Part shown: positions 43,429-57,800 of the stretch, one piece after another
Layout: each line of letters starts with the position of its first letter
How positions within the stretch are numbered: position 1 is the first letter of the stretch
Source of the DNA: Lingula anatina
Lineage: Eukaryota > Animalia > Brachiopoda
Assembly: GCA_051362555.1 (NCBI GenBank)
Contig: CM120640.1
Location: 40,588,788 to 40,652,787, forward strand
Direction: 5' to 3'
DNA: 64,000 nt
Translations under genes and position numbers: made by a program
The notes under the pieces: generated by a model
Databases searched by the model: none
What the model saw: only the letters and a program-made list of their open reading frames with translations
Told to the model about the DNA's origin: nothing

Positions 43429-43434
43429 AATAAA
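43429..43434 (+). other. Candidate FoxB polyadenylation signal
   Basis: AATAAA followed by U/GU-rich sequence; an alternative AATAAA is at 43015-43020. Confidence 0.4.
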
Positions 43435-45381
43435 TTTATTTGAATTGAGTTTAAATTCTTGTTGGTGCACTTCTCCAGTGGATAGCGTTTTAGACAAATA
43501 TGCAACAAACAGGGCTGGTATAAAATGTTCAAAATGTTTTAATTATATGTGTATTTTAATTTAGTTTTAATTTCATCTGCCAAAAATATTGCAATTTTTG
43601 CTTTGCTCATTTTGGCCTTGAAAGGTTTTTGTATTTGTGATCGACTTTAATATGCTTTTCTTGGAGATAATTGTGAAATGCCCCTTACCTCAATCAAGAT
43701 GTTTAATAATATTTTGTTGGCGTCATTAAATTATGAATGAAACAAACTGCATTTTTTGTACCCCTGAAAGATAAAATCCACACTTTTCAACATCGGAACT
43801 AAAAAAAAAACATAATAAGAAGCAACTTTTTCACCTGACTTCTTTTTATATAAGGAGTCAGGTAAAAAGTTGTTTCCTAATATTTAAAAAGTCAAGGTAG
43901 TGAACATGATTGTGTCAGAAATTTATAGCTAGATTTAAAAATTAATGTTTGAAATATGAAAAGTACTGGTGGCAAATTATTTTACTATCTATCCAATTGC
44001 CTTGTGGATTTTCAACATATTAATGTGCGAGATACAGAAAGAGATACAGGAACGTTTTTACACGTTTGTAGCAATGCAGTATGTTATTGCAACTAATTCA
44101 AAATTGTTTTCTGAATTGAAGTAACAATCAAAAACGGATTAGTCACCACGCAATAAGAACTTGGCTGTTGACACAATCAATGAATTTGACATTCTGTTAA
44201 CGTTTTATTGCTTGTAATAGCTTTGGTTCAACTCCAATGACACTCAGTAAACGCCGTCATGGTCAATATTCCTTAAATAAATACTTTTTCATGAGGCGGA
44301 ACTGTAAAACATCTTGGCGAACATGATACCGAAGTGTTGACTTTGCTAATTGTTTTAAAATGTTGACATTATGCATTCTTTAAAAGCAAATGTCTATGTA
44401 AAAAGTCTGACAATTTTTTTTTAAAACGACCGTGATACCTGAAATACAGAGCGATTTTGTTCTTACGTTTAACTTTGTGCGAATTTAATAGTGTTTGATC
44501 AATACTATGCGAGGACTTTAACCGTACTGATTAATGCAATTAATCTTTAACCAATTTTCTAACAATTTTTATATATGTATAAAGCAGAAACAATTGCCAT
44601 TATTCAAAAGATAAGTTTTTAATAGCCGCCACTTTTCACTCTCTTAAAAAGAACAAATATATTTATTTTCACAAAAATGAATAAATGAATTGTGTTGACA
44701 AAACCCAAAATGAAATGGCGTTGTGATATATCTATTTTTGTGGAAAAACGCAAGGAATATTAATAGCGAGTGAAGTCATTTATTGACTCCAACACACTGC
44801 AAAAGGTGTGCAAAATTTTAGGAAGTCTAAATTAACAAATGAATAAGTCCAGAAACTGCTCATGAAAAAAGGAGAGAAGTGGACTGAAACTCCAACATTT
44901 ATAAAATATATGAAACGAAAAAAAGAGAAAACACACAATATTTAACAAAAAGAAATCACAAAAGTATATTCAATCAAGATCTAAAGTAAAAGGTTTGTTC
45001 CCAATGTTAGCCACGTCGATAAAGTCATCGCTTGTAAGGAGTCTAATGAATTGTAAATGAGGTATCATAATTAAAAAAATGAAAAGACCTTTCTTTGATA
45101 ATGAGACGCTGGAGTTGGGAGATCTATACCCACAACAAAGTGAACAATAATTTCATTAAGAAGGAAATAAGTCGCATAATCAAGGCATCAAAAAGTTTAG
45201 CATTCACAAAACTAATTTGAGCTGACAGTTACCAATCTTGCTTTTGTTGTAGATCGTCTTATCGAAATAGGAGCACTTTATTTTCTCGAGAGATGGCCTA
45301 CTTCACACGAGCGGGATCTTAAAAATAACAGATGAAAACAGGAGGACAATATTTGCTTCTTCTTGTACACGATGTTAATTT

Positions 45382-45413
<32 letters not shown>

Positions 45414-47622
45414 TTTTTTTGTCTTAAAAATATTTTTCAATAGTTATGATTGAATACAGCATTTAGCTGAATCAAAACCATTCTTTCACTCGAAACATTC
45501 TGCGGGAAACTCGCACGATTTGTAAATATTGTGAATTGACATTGAGATATAGAAATAAACGGCATAAAACATACTAACACTTCTTGGCTCAATTCTAGGC
45601 AAACAACTTCCTTTGTATTGGCCAAACTGTGTAATTAAATTTCATGGCTGTCCAGGCTGGAATTGTAATGAATACGGGCGACAAAGTTAATGGCGTTAGA
45701 TTGATTTTTATTTGTGTGTGTAATTCTGTGTTGTCTTTATTCTAATGCGTCGCCCGTCGAGTCATGGTTAAATTTGAATAAGTCAGCGGAGTTAGGGACG
45801 GAAGGTGACACAACGCGACACTTTCCTTTCAAGAGAACGCCGAACCGATCGATGGCTAGATTTTCTGTGTGTTATGGAGCGTTGCGGGGTCTATTTGATT
45901 GTTGATACATTGAAGATGATGTGCTCATTAATTTCTAGGAAAGTGTATAGCGATCATCGCAGCCATCGTGATGGGTGAATGGTGTGATGACAGCACAGTT
46001 GTTTAAGCAGTGAATGGGCGGCGGTAACGGTCAGTTCTTGTCCAATTTGACCTGGACTGATCACTATAAACTGATGTGATGGTAAATCCAATATCAGTAC
46101 AATAATAATATTTACCTTACAGCATTTACTCCCTGATTTATCGTATTTGTTTTACCGTGGCTCGACATAATGAAAAATATAAATTGAATCAGCTCAGCGC
46201 AAATAGACTGCCCGCGTGGGGGTTGTATCTTTCTAATTCACTCACATCCTGTGGGAAATTTCTACAGTCGTGATCAATTTTACTATATTCATTTCAAATT
46301 ACAGACTTTACGCTGAATGACGTGTCACTGAGAGAAGAGCGGATGTCATTTTCATTTCGATTTTTTCTCATTTTTTTCTTTCGCTGTTTTAAGCAATAAT
46401 AGCTGCATGAAGATTGTTGTAGAATTATGATGAGTAAATGACGTACTAGAAGATTCATTCACCAGCTGCCTGCTGAGTTTCCTGAGTTTTATTAAGGAGA
46501 GCCTTACGAACAACGAGCCAAGCTAACAGGTCGTAGAAAAGGAAGACAAATATTTAGAGAGAGCCCACCCTATGGATGAATTGTAGCCTATAACAAACCC
46601 TTTTCTTTGAAGCAACTCTAGGGGTATTATGAAACCGCAGAACGCACCTTTAATCTGACACAGCCACGGCTCTCAAACCACAGTGGTGTCACTTTAATTC
46701 CTTTATCTCTCGACATGCAATTTTTTCATTAAGGAAAACAAGATGATTAGAGCTTTGTTTAATTAAAGTTTGATTGGTAAAAGCACGTCGCGGTGACAGG
46801 CCTGAGTACTGATACGTTGATCGCTTTTGATGCGGGCGATAGATCAGGGCACACAGGATATACCCTTGTTACCCGACCAGACTTTCAATAAGAGGCAAAT
46901 ACATTAGTAGGTTTGGAAACGTAATGGAACTCCGCCTGGGTTGAGCTTTGTCTAGCGATACACATGAAAATATTAACAAGCAAAGTGCCAGTACATTCCT
47001 TTGATACAAAGCCACAGAGAGTAGGAAATCTCGCCCGGATGAGATATTTCGATATAGGTTTTAGGATCAAGGGAACATTCAATTAATTTGATGTAGCGAT
47101 AGTCGTTTGTTGTAGCGGCCCATTAACCGAGGCTAGGACTGCCATTTGACATTGATGTGACGACGTAACCCACTGCAGTGACAGGCGGGCCGCGACCGCC
47201 AGGCAAGAAATTATTTTAATAGAACATAAGTCGAGTTTGATCATATCGCTTGGTTGTTTGATTTGTATTTTCTTTTGATGTCAGAGTAAACAAACAAAGT
47301 GAGCATAACTGAACACTTAATACAGAAACATGAGAAAATATGAGGCATCTAATATTATTGACATGTGTGCGTGCATTTGTGTGTGAGTGTGAGAGAGAAA
47401 AAATATATATAGAGAGAGATTTTACCGCAGATGACAATACGAATTCTACAAAAAAAACTGATTCATATTTGTTATTTGAGCTTTTCGTAGTTAAATGTCA
47501 CTTTCATAACACAAACTAGATTAAATTCGATAAAGACACAGGTTTGATCTGCAATTATTTGTTTTTGTAAAATATTAGGAGATCACATGAAATTTTTTTT
47601 CAATTTTCGAACTCTAGTGGCC

Positions 47623-47624
<2 letters not shown>

Positions 47625-47670
<46 letters not shown>
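47625..47670. repeat. (GT)23 microsatellite
   Basis: Direct read. Confidence 0.95.
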
Positions 47671-47673
<3 letters not shown>

Positions 47674-50600
47674 GGCGCGCGATCGTGATCTATCACCTTT
47701 GTATGGAAAAAATAAATAAAACGCCCCCTTTTGCGTTTTAGGTCTACTTGTTTCATCTTTCCATCTAGCCACTTTGTAACACTCCCGATCTCCCAACCGT
47801 AAAAGATATCGCTATAATAATCTTAATGTTAATGTCGCACGAAACTTTCAGGTACAGATAACCAACAAAAGAACTCATCAAGAAATTAAATGAGAAAAAT
47901 TTTAAGTCCAAAGGAGAAAAACAGACGCTAGCACCCCGAGAATTGACTGGACTAGATGTATGTGTGTATGTGCGTGCCAATGAATGACACAGTCTCGAGC
48001 GCGTTCATCTCCAGTTGACTCTTGATCAAACACAACCCGGCTAATGGGTGCTTAGGAGACAAGCAAATGGACATTAACTATCCGGGGTTGGTTTAAGCTG
48101 ACACTTGGTTTTTCACTCGCTGCAGAAATTCTATACATTTCTCGTAATGTAATGGACAGCGGGAAATAAACGAAGAAAAGGAAGGCCAATAAAGTCATTG
48201 AAACTGCTGAATGGGCTGATTAGACAACAGAAAGTTAAGAATGATGAGGCTGTTCGCTATATTAAGGCGAGACAAACCGACCACACATTACGTTACTTTT
48301 CAGACGTCCCTGTGAAATCATCTATCTGCTCTGTCATCTCGTGTATGTTTATCACTATAAACAATTACGTAGATTTGCTCCCGAAGCTCTGTCCGTTGAT
48401 GCCACTGCTTCTCATTGCTCTGACCGCTTTTGATAGAGTGAAAGAATTTTCTAACAGTGTCACGTTAGCATGGCTCCCATATAGATCTACAGTCAAAATA
48501 TGTAGTCATAACTTATTGTACAGTCATATGAGTGTTCATCGAAGTTACGAACTAAGTTTTTCAGACAGTACACGTACCCGAAGGAACAATTTTAATTAAA
48601 AGGTGGAAAATAAACTACAGAAATTATAAGCAATTATATGTTTATATAGTTCGTTGTTCCATACCGACTGATGGCATTTTATTCATTTGGAAATAGTCCT
48701 CCTTTGAATGGAAAAAATCCCTAATCCCCAGTTGGTGCTCGTGTGTTCTGACTCAACACCCAATGATCTGAAAAATATTTGAAAAATTTCAACGCAAAAT
48801 TGTATATTTAAAAGTCCATTTAAAAACCCCAAGATTGCCCTTATTGAATATTTTGTCAAGTTTGATTCAATCACAGTAGTTAGCATAAAAGAAACCCGTT
48901 GTTCAACCATTTTACAAAATCAATAAAACACTGTTTATTCACACCTGTTTCCGTTAAAAAGTTTCAGAGGCGAAAAAAAAAAAAACAATTAAGCTGGGGA
49001 GGACGAGTGTAAGGTTTCCTTGATCGCTCATTTTCAACCCCGCACTTGGTCAACTTAACTCATCTTTTCTTCACGCAAGATAACAATTATCAAGCAAAGA
49101 ATGCCGTGAATAGAAATTTCCCAATCTCGCCACCAGAAGCACGTTGTCGCATTCGGGGTGCGTAAGTGAGCCTCTGCGCACCTGTGTTAACTGCGGGATG
49201 TCAATTTAGTAAACACCGGGTGCATTTAGAAAGCAAGGAATGGGCGCAGCAAGGCGAATAATCCCAGCTTTCAGCCATTGTCCTCGAACAGCGCTATGAC
49301 TTTATAAAGAGTGATAAATACGACACTTGATATACAAATATTTTTATTGGGAAAAGTAATAGATTCGCCTGTCTCAATAACTATGTAAATTACAGGTATC
49401 GACTTTGCGGAGAGATGAAAGGAAGGGTCACCCACCAGAAGTTAAGGACGGTGGGAGGTGAAGACGTCAACTGAACGGTGACAGGGTGCGTTTTCCCGTC
49501 TTCCAATTACATATTATAGTTAATTAGCTCTTCAATTAATGACGACAGTTATCAACCGCCAATCATTTTAAAAGTGAAAAGCTGTTTATGAGGGTTCAGG
49601 TTTATTAATCAAGGAAACGTGTCAACGCAAGTAGCACGGGGAATGCGGTGATACCCACCCAGTAGTCTTTTTGCACTTGCGTCACCGCACTTATTGGGAG
49701 GAGTGTTTTTCATATACAGTTTCAATAACATTACAATGTCATTTTGTACGATCCGCTTTAAATTTGCCAAAAACGTAAAATGAAGATAGATATAAATTCT
49801 TGGAAAATAAGTGCCTTGAAATGATTCAAAAACGTCTATTTTCATCTAAATGGCAGTTTAAGCATCCGATGAAAATAGCACACTGTTCAACTGTAACATT
49901 TGGTAATTTAAAAGTACTCATCTTTATTGATATTTTATTAACACGTAGTACTATAAGACATGGGCTCACGTATTTCGGGATTGCTTGTTGTGACATTGAA
50001 AAGTCCAAGAGTGTTTATACGTGTGTAAAGAAATAAAAAAAAAAAGAAAACACATTTGCACATTTTTATGAGTAAATCAACAAGCATAGTACACGAATCG
50101 TTGGCTGGAGGTAATCTATTTGAAAGCACTTTTATCACTCTTTTGATAACTTTCAACATTAAGGGCTGGGTTAAACGGTTTCAAGGTAAATTTTGGTCTA
50201 GCCATTATATGTGCCTCCGTGCGTGATCTCGTCATTGGTCATTCCTTTTGCACAACCCGTTTTTTTCATGTTTTATTCAAAGCATGAAATATTTAAGTAT
50301 GCCTTTTAAAATACAGATGAACTTAATTGGTTGTATTTTGGACCCCCCCATTCCCATCCCCCGCAAAGCCATATGAAGGTCGTTCCTCCGCACGTCCATA
50401 GTACTGCCTCCACACCCTCGCTGTCACAGTGTGTTAGAGGTGAAGTCCAAATCCACGCCCGTAGTAGAGTGAGCATACAATGTGGCAGTGCGATTCCTGA
50501 AACATCACTGACATATAGGGGTTCTCACTGTCATATAGGGGTTCGTTTTGTCTGAAAAAAGGGGAGAATCAACTTTGGAGATCCCAGTTAATGGGTAGGA

Positions 50601-51135
50601 CCCCCCTATCCGAACCAAACTTGCCTTGTTACATAAAACCGTAAAAATAAAGAAACGGTTGTTACACTACACGGGTAGAGAATTACACAAGTCATTTTTT
50701 ATTCTCTTAACAACACAGTTGATTGTTATTGTGTTAGGAGAGTAGGTCAAGCCAATGAATTACAGGAAGTGGTTCACGAAAACCTTTCACAGAATGTGTT
50801 AGTTGCGAAAAGGCACATTGAGTTAATCTGCCATGTGGTTGTGTGTAAATGCATGTATACCTAATGCACCCCCTACGAGCCTAATGAGCATGTATGTGGT
50901 CGGTTACTGGAAATCTTTTTGCACATTAGGAAGAGGGGACACGGCTCCACAGGCACGCAGCACAAAATTTATTCATTGTCCAAATCATTTACATTTACCT
51001 TCGTCCTGGATATATATTGGCAAAGGATATCTGTATTTTATACATTCATCAAGTGTCATTTGTCATCAGTTTTGATATAAAAACTTAACAACTGCAGATT
51101 TCAGACTGGCTTCATTTCGCCTTCTCAAACAAACA

Positions 51136-51138
<3 letters not shown>

Positions 51139-51182
<44 letters not shown>
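51139..51182. repeat. (TA)22 microsatellite
   Basis: Direct read. Confidence 0.95.
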
Positions 51183-51186
<4 letters not shown>

Positions 51187-51513
51187 CGAGAAATTCAAAA
51201 TCAAATGGAAATATGACCTCATAGCTCAAGAAAAGATGCGCTCGACCTTCTTAAATTAGCCATACTACGTATTACAAATGTTCACAATTAAAAGAATTGA
51301 GAGAAAAGAGTATGTGCACCCCACCTTGCCCCTTGTTATGAACAAGAAGACGGGCAAAATTTCATAGTAAGGTGCTATTACTGGAAAGTGCTGTATTGTT
51401 TGTTTCTTTGTCGTGGACATGCGTTCAACATTACAGTTTCATTAATTTTGCTATCAGTTAAATGTTTTCAATCTCACGCAAGACCTTATAATAAGAGTAC
51501 CGTTAGGTTATTA

Positions 51514-54500
51514 TCATTTACTTGTGATCGTAGCTTGTTCTCGAGGATCATTATCACGCTTGGGTTCACGTTCCAAAGCGCTGGCCAGACTCACTACTGA
51601 CACCTCCGGGGGAAGTGGGAATACTGCTGACCGCCTGGTGGCGCTCGGAAAAGAAGGTCTGGCGGAAATAGAACGCATAAAAACAACTGGGTCGTTCCAG
51701 TTTCCAATGTTGTGTTCTACCAGGTCGGCGCCAAGCATTTCCTCCTCAGGTGTCATCCGCAGTCCAATGGTTTTGTGGATCGCCTTTAGAAAGAGGGGGA
51801 AGGATAAAGGCTATTGTCAAAGCATATGCCTTAATCAAAAGAACAGAAAATAAAGACGGACAGAAAGCAAAATAAATGAATAAAAACTTAAATAGCCAAT
51901 TATTTACACGACAAAAGACCCCACATATAAATATATGTAAGCTATTATTAGATTTTATCAATCATATATGTATACTAAACATGCATATAGGTTGATATAA
52001 TGTAATAACTTATCGTTTCCTATGGGAATCATCATCTCGCAATTGAACTTACATAAAGCATCAGCACAGACAATGCTGCTGACCACACAATAATACAAAT
52101 GACAGCCAGTGATTGGACGCCTAGCAGATACATTCCTCCACCCTTGAACAGTCCTGCATGTCCCTTGGTCATATCTTCCAGGTAATCAATCTCCACGAAA
52201 AGGCCAACTGCCAGCAACCCCTGAAACAAGAATGGCACGGTTGCTATGATGCCTTGAAGCCCGTGTTATGCATGTGCCTATCTTGTCCCTTCATGATTTA
52301 CCATTAAAATTATTGGTAAGCGACATGGACGCAAACGGAAATAATCTCAGTACAGGTTCTCTATTCATCCATTATTGATATAAGTCTTAACATATTAGAA
52401 AAAAACACAATGAAAAGCTAAACCTGTCGCAGCTGAAAGTGGCATCACGAGTTCAGAAATGAACGGTGGGTGTTAATGTTTCATATTTGAGAAGTGATCA
52501 TTGATCAGTCTGTTAGACCATACAGGCAGACAGGCCTTACGTCATACAGTGAAAGGAGTCATTTGTCATGATTGCAAGTGTTAAGACGGTCTTGTTGTCA
52601 ATGTATTGCATTACATGACTACTAACTATTTCAATCACGTTTAAGCCCCCAGAGTAGGTTTATGCTTTAACAGGAAGTAATATACAAAGAAATTAACCCC
52701 GACTTGTTCTGGAGTGATATTTGAGTATTATATTGGGAATTCAGTTTGTCGAATTAAAATAATACTGGCATCATTCGTTTTCATAAACAATGAAGGACCT
52801 GTGCAGTCCTAGTGAGGCGAACAGTTACAATTGAGGGTCCCCTTCTTTCATCATTATCATGGGGTCAATCAGTGTATGTTTATGGGTCAATGGGTACTTG
52901 TTCACCAACGCGTTTCACATTACATGTGCACATAACCAAGTCTATATCTTTATATCTATAAATGTTGCATTTGCAACCTTTTGTAGAGGAAACCAAGCAA
53001 ATGAGACAATTTAACCTTTTTTTTTAATAAAAAATCAAGAAGTACATGTAACACCACTACAGCGATCACAATTTACCCGATCGTTTTTTTATGTAATCAA
53101 GTTTAGGTGCCTTTACACAAAAGAAATAAATGTCATCAACGTTGGATATTATAGGTGAAGTTGCTAAACCTTACCTTGTTCTTGATCTTTGGCTATTTTG
53201 CTAAGTTGCCTAACTGAATATTTTGGGTTTATGTTTTTAAAAATACGTTAAAATATATTACTAATTGTAAGGCTGGATCACCTACTCAAGTCAAGTGGCA
53301 AGTAATACAAAGCTTACATATATAACCTTGATCTTGGCATGTTTTCAAGCTTTTGTATTTTAGAAATGATTAGTTTTATATTACAAGTGCTCTTTTAGGA
53401 CACGCACACAAAAATCTGAAATACTTTAAAATGGGTATGCATCTCTCGTCGTCTACTTATAAAATTTAAGATGACTTTTTAAGTACATTTATAATTTCAA
53501 TCAAAATTTGTTTTGTATCCTTGTTAAAAAAATGCTCTTTTGTGATATTACCCAAAACTAGTGTCCAAGCAAACTGGTGCCACTTGACCAAAAAAGCGAG
53601 ACAGTGGTATTCACAAAAGTTGTTAATGTTAGTTTGTTTCGAAACAAATTTGCTGATGCTGATACAGTGATGTTAGCAGTCCAAAAGTTCTCGAGTTCTA
53701 CAATTGATGACAGTGCACGTACCTGCCCAATAAACGTAGGCCTACTGGTACAGTGTCACTGACAGAAGGAAACCGATTTTATACCTGCTATTAAACCAAA
53801 ACCTACCCACACAGCTGCGCTCCCATGGATTGCGAATGTTGACACCGGATCATCGATTTTAATTCTGTCCATAAGCGACACCGTGGCTATGGTTATAACG
53901 CCCCCCAACGCTCCTATAACCAAAGCCTCCCAAGGACGCACCACAGCGCACGAGGCTGAAATGATAAAGCACCGTTTCCTGTTCACATGTACGTACCCAC
54001 GTGCCACCAATGCCATGCACAGCCACGGCACCAACAGGGTCATCTATTTTCAGTCTATTCATCAAACAAACGCCTGCATTGACCAGTAAGGAACCCGCTG
54101 TTCCAATTACAATAGCTTCCCAAGGTCGGACAACCATGCAGCTTGCTGGAAGTATATTTTATCATGGTTTTCGCAGGGTATGGTATCAGACAAGTGCTGT
54201 ACCTGTAGTTACAAGGTATGAGTGCATATAATTTGAAACAATTGGAAAATTCCTGTTCCATGACTTAACGGTCAACCATGGAAGCAATATACATACAGGT
54301 AGATTACACTAATCATATGTTATCCACTCAATTTTTTTCTTTTGAAATAGTATTTTGTATTGGCAATAAATACAAAAACATGACTGCCTACATACCAGTT
54401 ATTGACACCAAGGAGCCTAGGATTCCATTCACTAAGTCAGAGACGCCATATTTCCGTTTGTTCTTTATGTAGCTACAAATATGACAAAAGCAATACATTA

Positions 54501-54828
54501 GAATATATCGATGAACTGGACCGTAATGATGAATGGTTATTCCAATATACCATCTTTTTTTTTCAAGAGAGCCAAAGAAAAATAAAGCACAGCAGAAGCA
54601 AAAAGGAATTTGCATAGAGAAAATTTAACGGATGAAAATATTCAAAGTAAAAAAAAGAAGTAACAACTCAATTGTTCATAGACAAACACGGTAAATTTAC
54701 CTAAAGATAACGGCAGCAATGCCTCCCCCAATTGAAGCATTAATGGTTGTTGCAGCAGATCTGAAATTTCAAAGAACTCATCATTCATTCATAAAAAAAG
54801 CCAAGCTGTGTTGTTTTCCTTTCTTTTA

Positions 54829-54862
<34 letters not shown>

Positions 54863-57800
54863 ACAACGCAGGTGTATTTACTAGCTTATGTGTAGATGAG
54901 TAGAACAAAAAATATTGGATCGAATAGAGCAAAATTTCCACTGCTTTTGTTGTCACGTATATCTTTTTCAAGTATAAGAGTCGGCTTTGACAACTTCAAT
55001 AATCAAATTGAAACGTTTTGTTGCGAATTTGAAAACAATTTAAAAACAATTGCCACAGGAGGGAGTTGGTGGCTTTCAGGAGGCTAAGACAGAAGTAACT
55101 AAAAATACTAACAAATGTAATTACAGGTGAAGGGAGGTGACGCGGACGAAACCAGATATTTCCGGTGTTATAGCAACCGATTCTGTCTAAGATGATTACG
55201 TCTGATTTAATTTACTTAATTATTTTACCAATTTATCTAATTTTGGATCTTGTTGCGCCTTTTCCGTAAGCAATGCATCGATTGCCATTTACCCAAAAAT
55301 TTATAAGGCATTTATCTAGTTATTCAATAAAAGTTACATACTTTGCCGCCAGTTTCCACTTGCCTCCAGAAATACCGAACGTGCTTCCACAGTTGAAACC
55401 AAGCCAACCCCACCTAAGACATTTAAAAAAAAAGTAGTATCAAGTTGCAGTCTAACAGATTTTCTTCTAATAATCTTTCTTTTTTTTTCAAAAATTGCCT
55501 CACGTCTTAGTTTAAACCGTGAAATTATCTAGGAATACATAGAATAAAAGCTTTGTGTTGCAAAACGTCATAAGTATAAATATACATGTAGATTAAAAAA
55601 AAACTAATGTCAAGAAGCTCAAAATAATATGAAAACAATGCACAGACTTCAGAAGGCTAGCGCTTTTACACAAACACAAGCACTCACCACAACATAAACA
55701 TGCCCACTATGGCATTAGTCGGATTACCAAGAGGCAATTCGTTGGGACCGTCGTCGTATCTTCCAGACCGTGGTTTCAGTAAAATGGCCGCCACCAAACC
55801 TGTCACAGCACCACACAGGTGCACAACCCCGGAACCAGCTATATCAATAGCACCCAACGTATTAAGAAACCCATTTCTTCCCCAAATCCAGTGTGCTGGG
55901 AAGCTGTAAACAATCGTGTTGAGAAAACTAAACAATATATACGCCGTCAATCGGGTTCGTTCAGCCATTGCCCCAGAGACAATTGTCGTGGCTGTAGTAG
56001 CGAAGGATAGCTGAAAAATGTAGCTTGAGTAAACAACGCCCATTTCGGCATCTGGTACATCGACTGCCCAGTAGCCAACCCCCATGAACGGATTGGAGCC
56101 TGGAGCTTCTCCAAAGCTTATGCCATAACCGAAGAGCCAGTATGTTATGCCACCGAAGAGAACATCCATGGTGTTCTTAACCATTATGTTAACTTCGTTC
56201 TTGTGGGAGACAGCACCAGACTCGAGGAGGCCAAATCCTACAAAACAAGGCAGTTAAATTTGACTTGGTTTATTTAGACTAAAAGTTTATTCACTTACAA
56301 TATAAGATATAAATGCTGTTGTTATGAATGAGACGAACTATGTCAACTTCGAATTAATTGGTGGGTATTTAGAAACTTAGGTAAATCAATTCGTTAGGAT
56401 AAGTACTTTTTGTGATATAATTGTAACAAAAACGATTTGCGCTAAATTACTTTTCTGTATAAGATGCCAGTTCCAATAGATAAGTTACCTTACAAAGGTA
56501 ATTGAAAATTAAATAATGGAAAAATGCTAAATGAAATGAACTCAAACGTACTTTACTTTCCATTGTCGTTGAAAAACTCGTTAAAATCAGGAAATGAGGA
56601 AACTGAAACAAATGCAGTAAGCTGAATATCCCATATCTTATGGAAATGGAAATTAACCTTTACCTTGCCTTGGATGATTTTTTTCATTGTAAAAATTGTC
56701 CAGTGTTTTTACTGCGTTTGTGTTTGTAAAATCAATAATGCTACGTAAAGTGAGCTTCAGCTACTTGATGGGTATACTATCTTGTCATTTACAGGGGTAG
56801 TCAACAAGGATCAATCAAGTTTCTCTGAAATTCAACATTTGTCCTCATGCATCCAGGGGTGGGTACCCAGGCAACACAGAACGTTATTATAACGTTACCA
56901 TTACGTAATGTAAACGTTACGTTTATTTGACCAATAACATTATGGCAACGTTATGGTAACGTTATAAAATATCTGGGGTTTGTTGGGTACTCAGCATGGC
57001 AACATTCGAATAGAATTTTGGAACATCACTCGCCGATAACAGTCATCAGAAGTGGTCAAAGGAGTAGGAATAAAGGTTTCTGGATTTGCTTGGCACATTT
57101 CTATACATAAAAAAATGACATATGACATCTCGTTTGAGCGAGGGAAGAAACCGCTTATGGATGCGGATATCATGCAATCCCATTCCAATGGTTAACTCAA
57201 TTTTCCCTGTCACCTATTTTTGTCAATAATTGCTTTTTTGCTTGGTTAATTCAATTAATTCTTTATGGATACATGCCAGGATTACCTATAATTTGCGTCT
57301 TTATTTATACGCCAAGTTCCCTTGAGTTTGTTATGAATACAGCAATTAACGTAACCAGTAGTGATCCCTTCTTGGATGCCATCTATTTGCTTAATTCATC
57401 CATTCATCTATGATAGGTACGAGTACGAAATGCTGCATTCAGCACAGTAGTAAGCAATAACCAAAATTTGACCATCCGCTACGTAATCCAGGAAACAAAA
57501 CACTAGACACTCATTTCAGAGCCACGTATTAATGGTAACGCCGAAAACGTTGGGATAACATAGATTCCCCATTCAGACATTATTAAAACTGGCCCTATAC
57601 GTTATAATTAAATAAGATTGGTTCAAGGTGATCTAACCAGCAGAAGGCACGCATGCGTTTGACCACAGAAGTAAATTCTCTGCACACTCAACCCTTCTGG
57701 CAGAGCTGGGATTGGGAGGGGGGTTACAAAGTGCAGATCTTGAATGTTTACAGAAAATGTCTAATAGTGACCTAAAAAAAACAATGTTGCCTCAACTCTA

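Noticed and set aside
45955-45989. Short hairpin as a candidate pre-miRNA
   Set aside because: About 35 nt with an imperfect stem; too short, and no mature miRNA recognised.
48198-48599. 133-aa ORF
   Set aside because: Non-ATG start, no motif, no supporting exon structure.
52221-53806. Third copy of Amt exon 6 in the 1.6-kb downstream intron
   Set aside because: No RPWE or KIDDP-coding sequence found by eye.
53756-54137. Amt paralog 1 as a frameshifted pseudogene (two overlapping ORFs)
   Set aside because: The two frames resolve into two intact equal-length exons with canonical splice sites; either gives a complete protein of about 495 aa.
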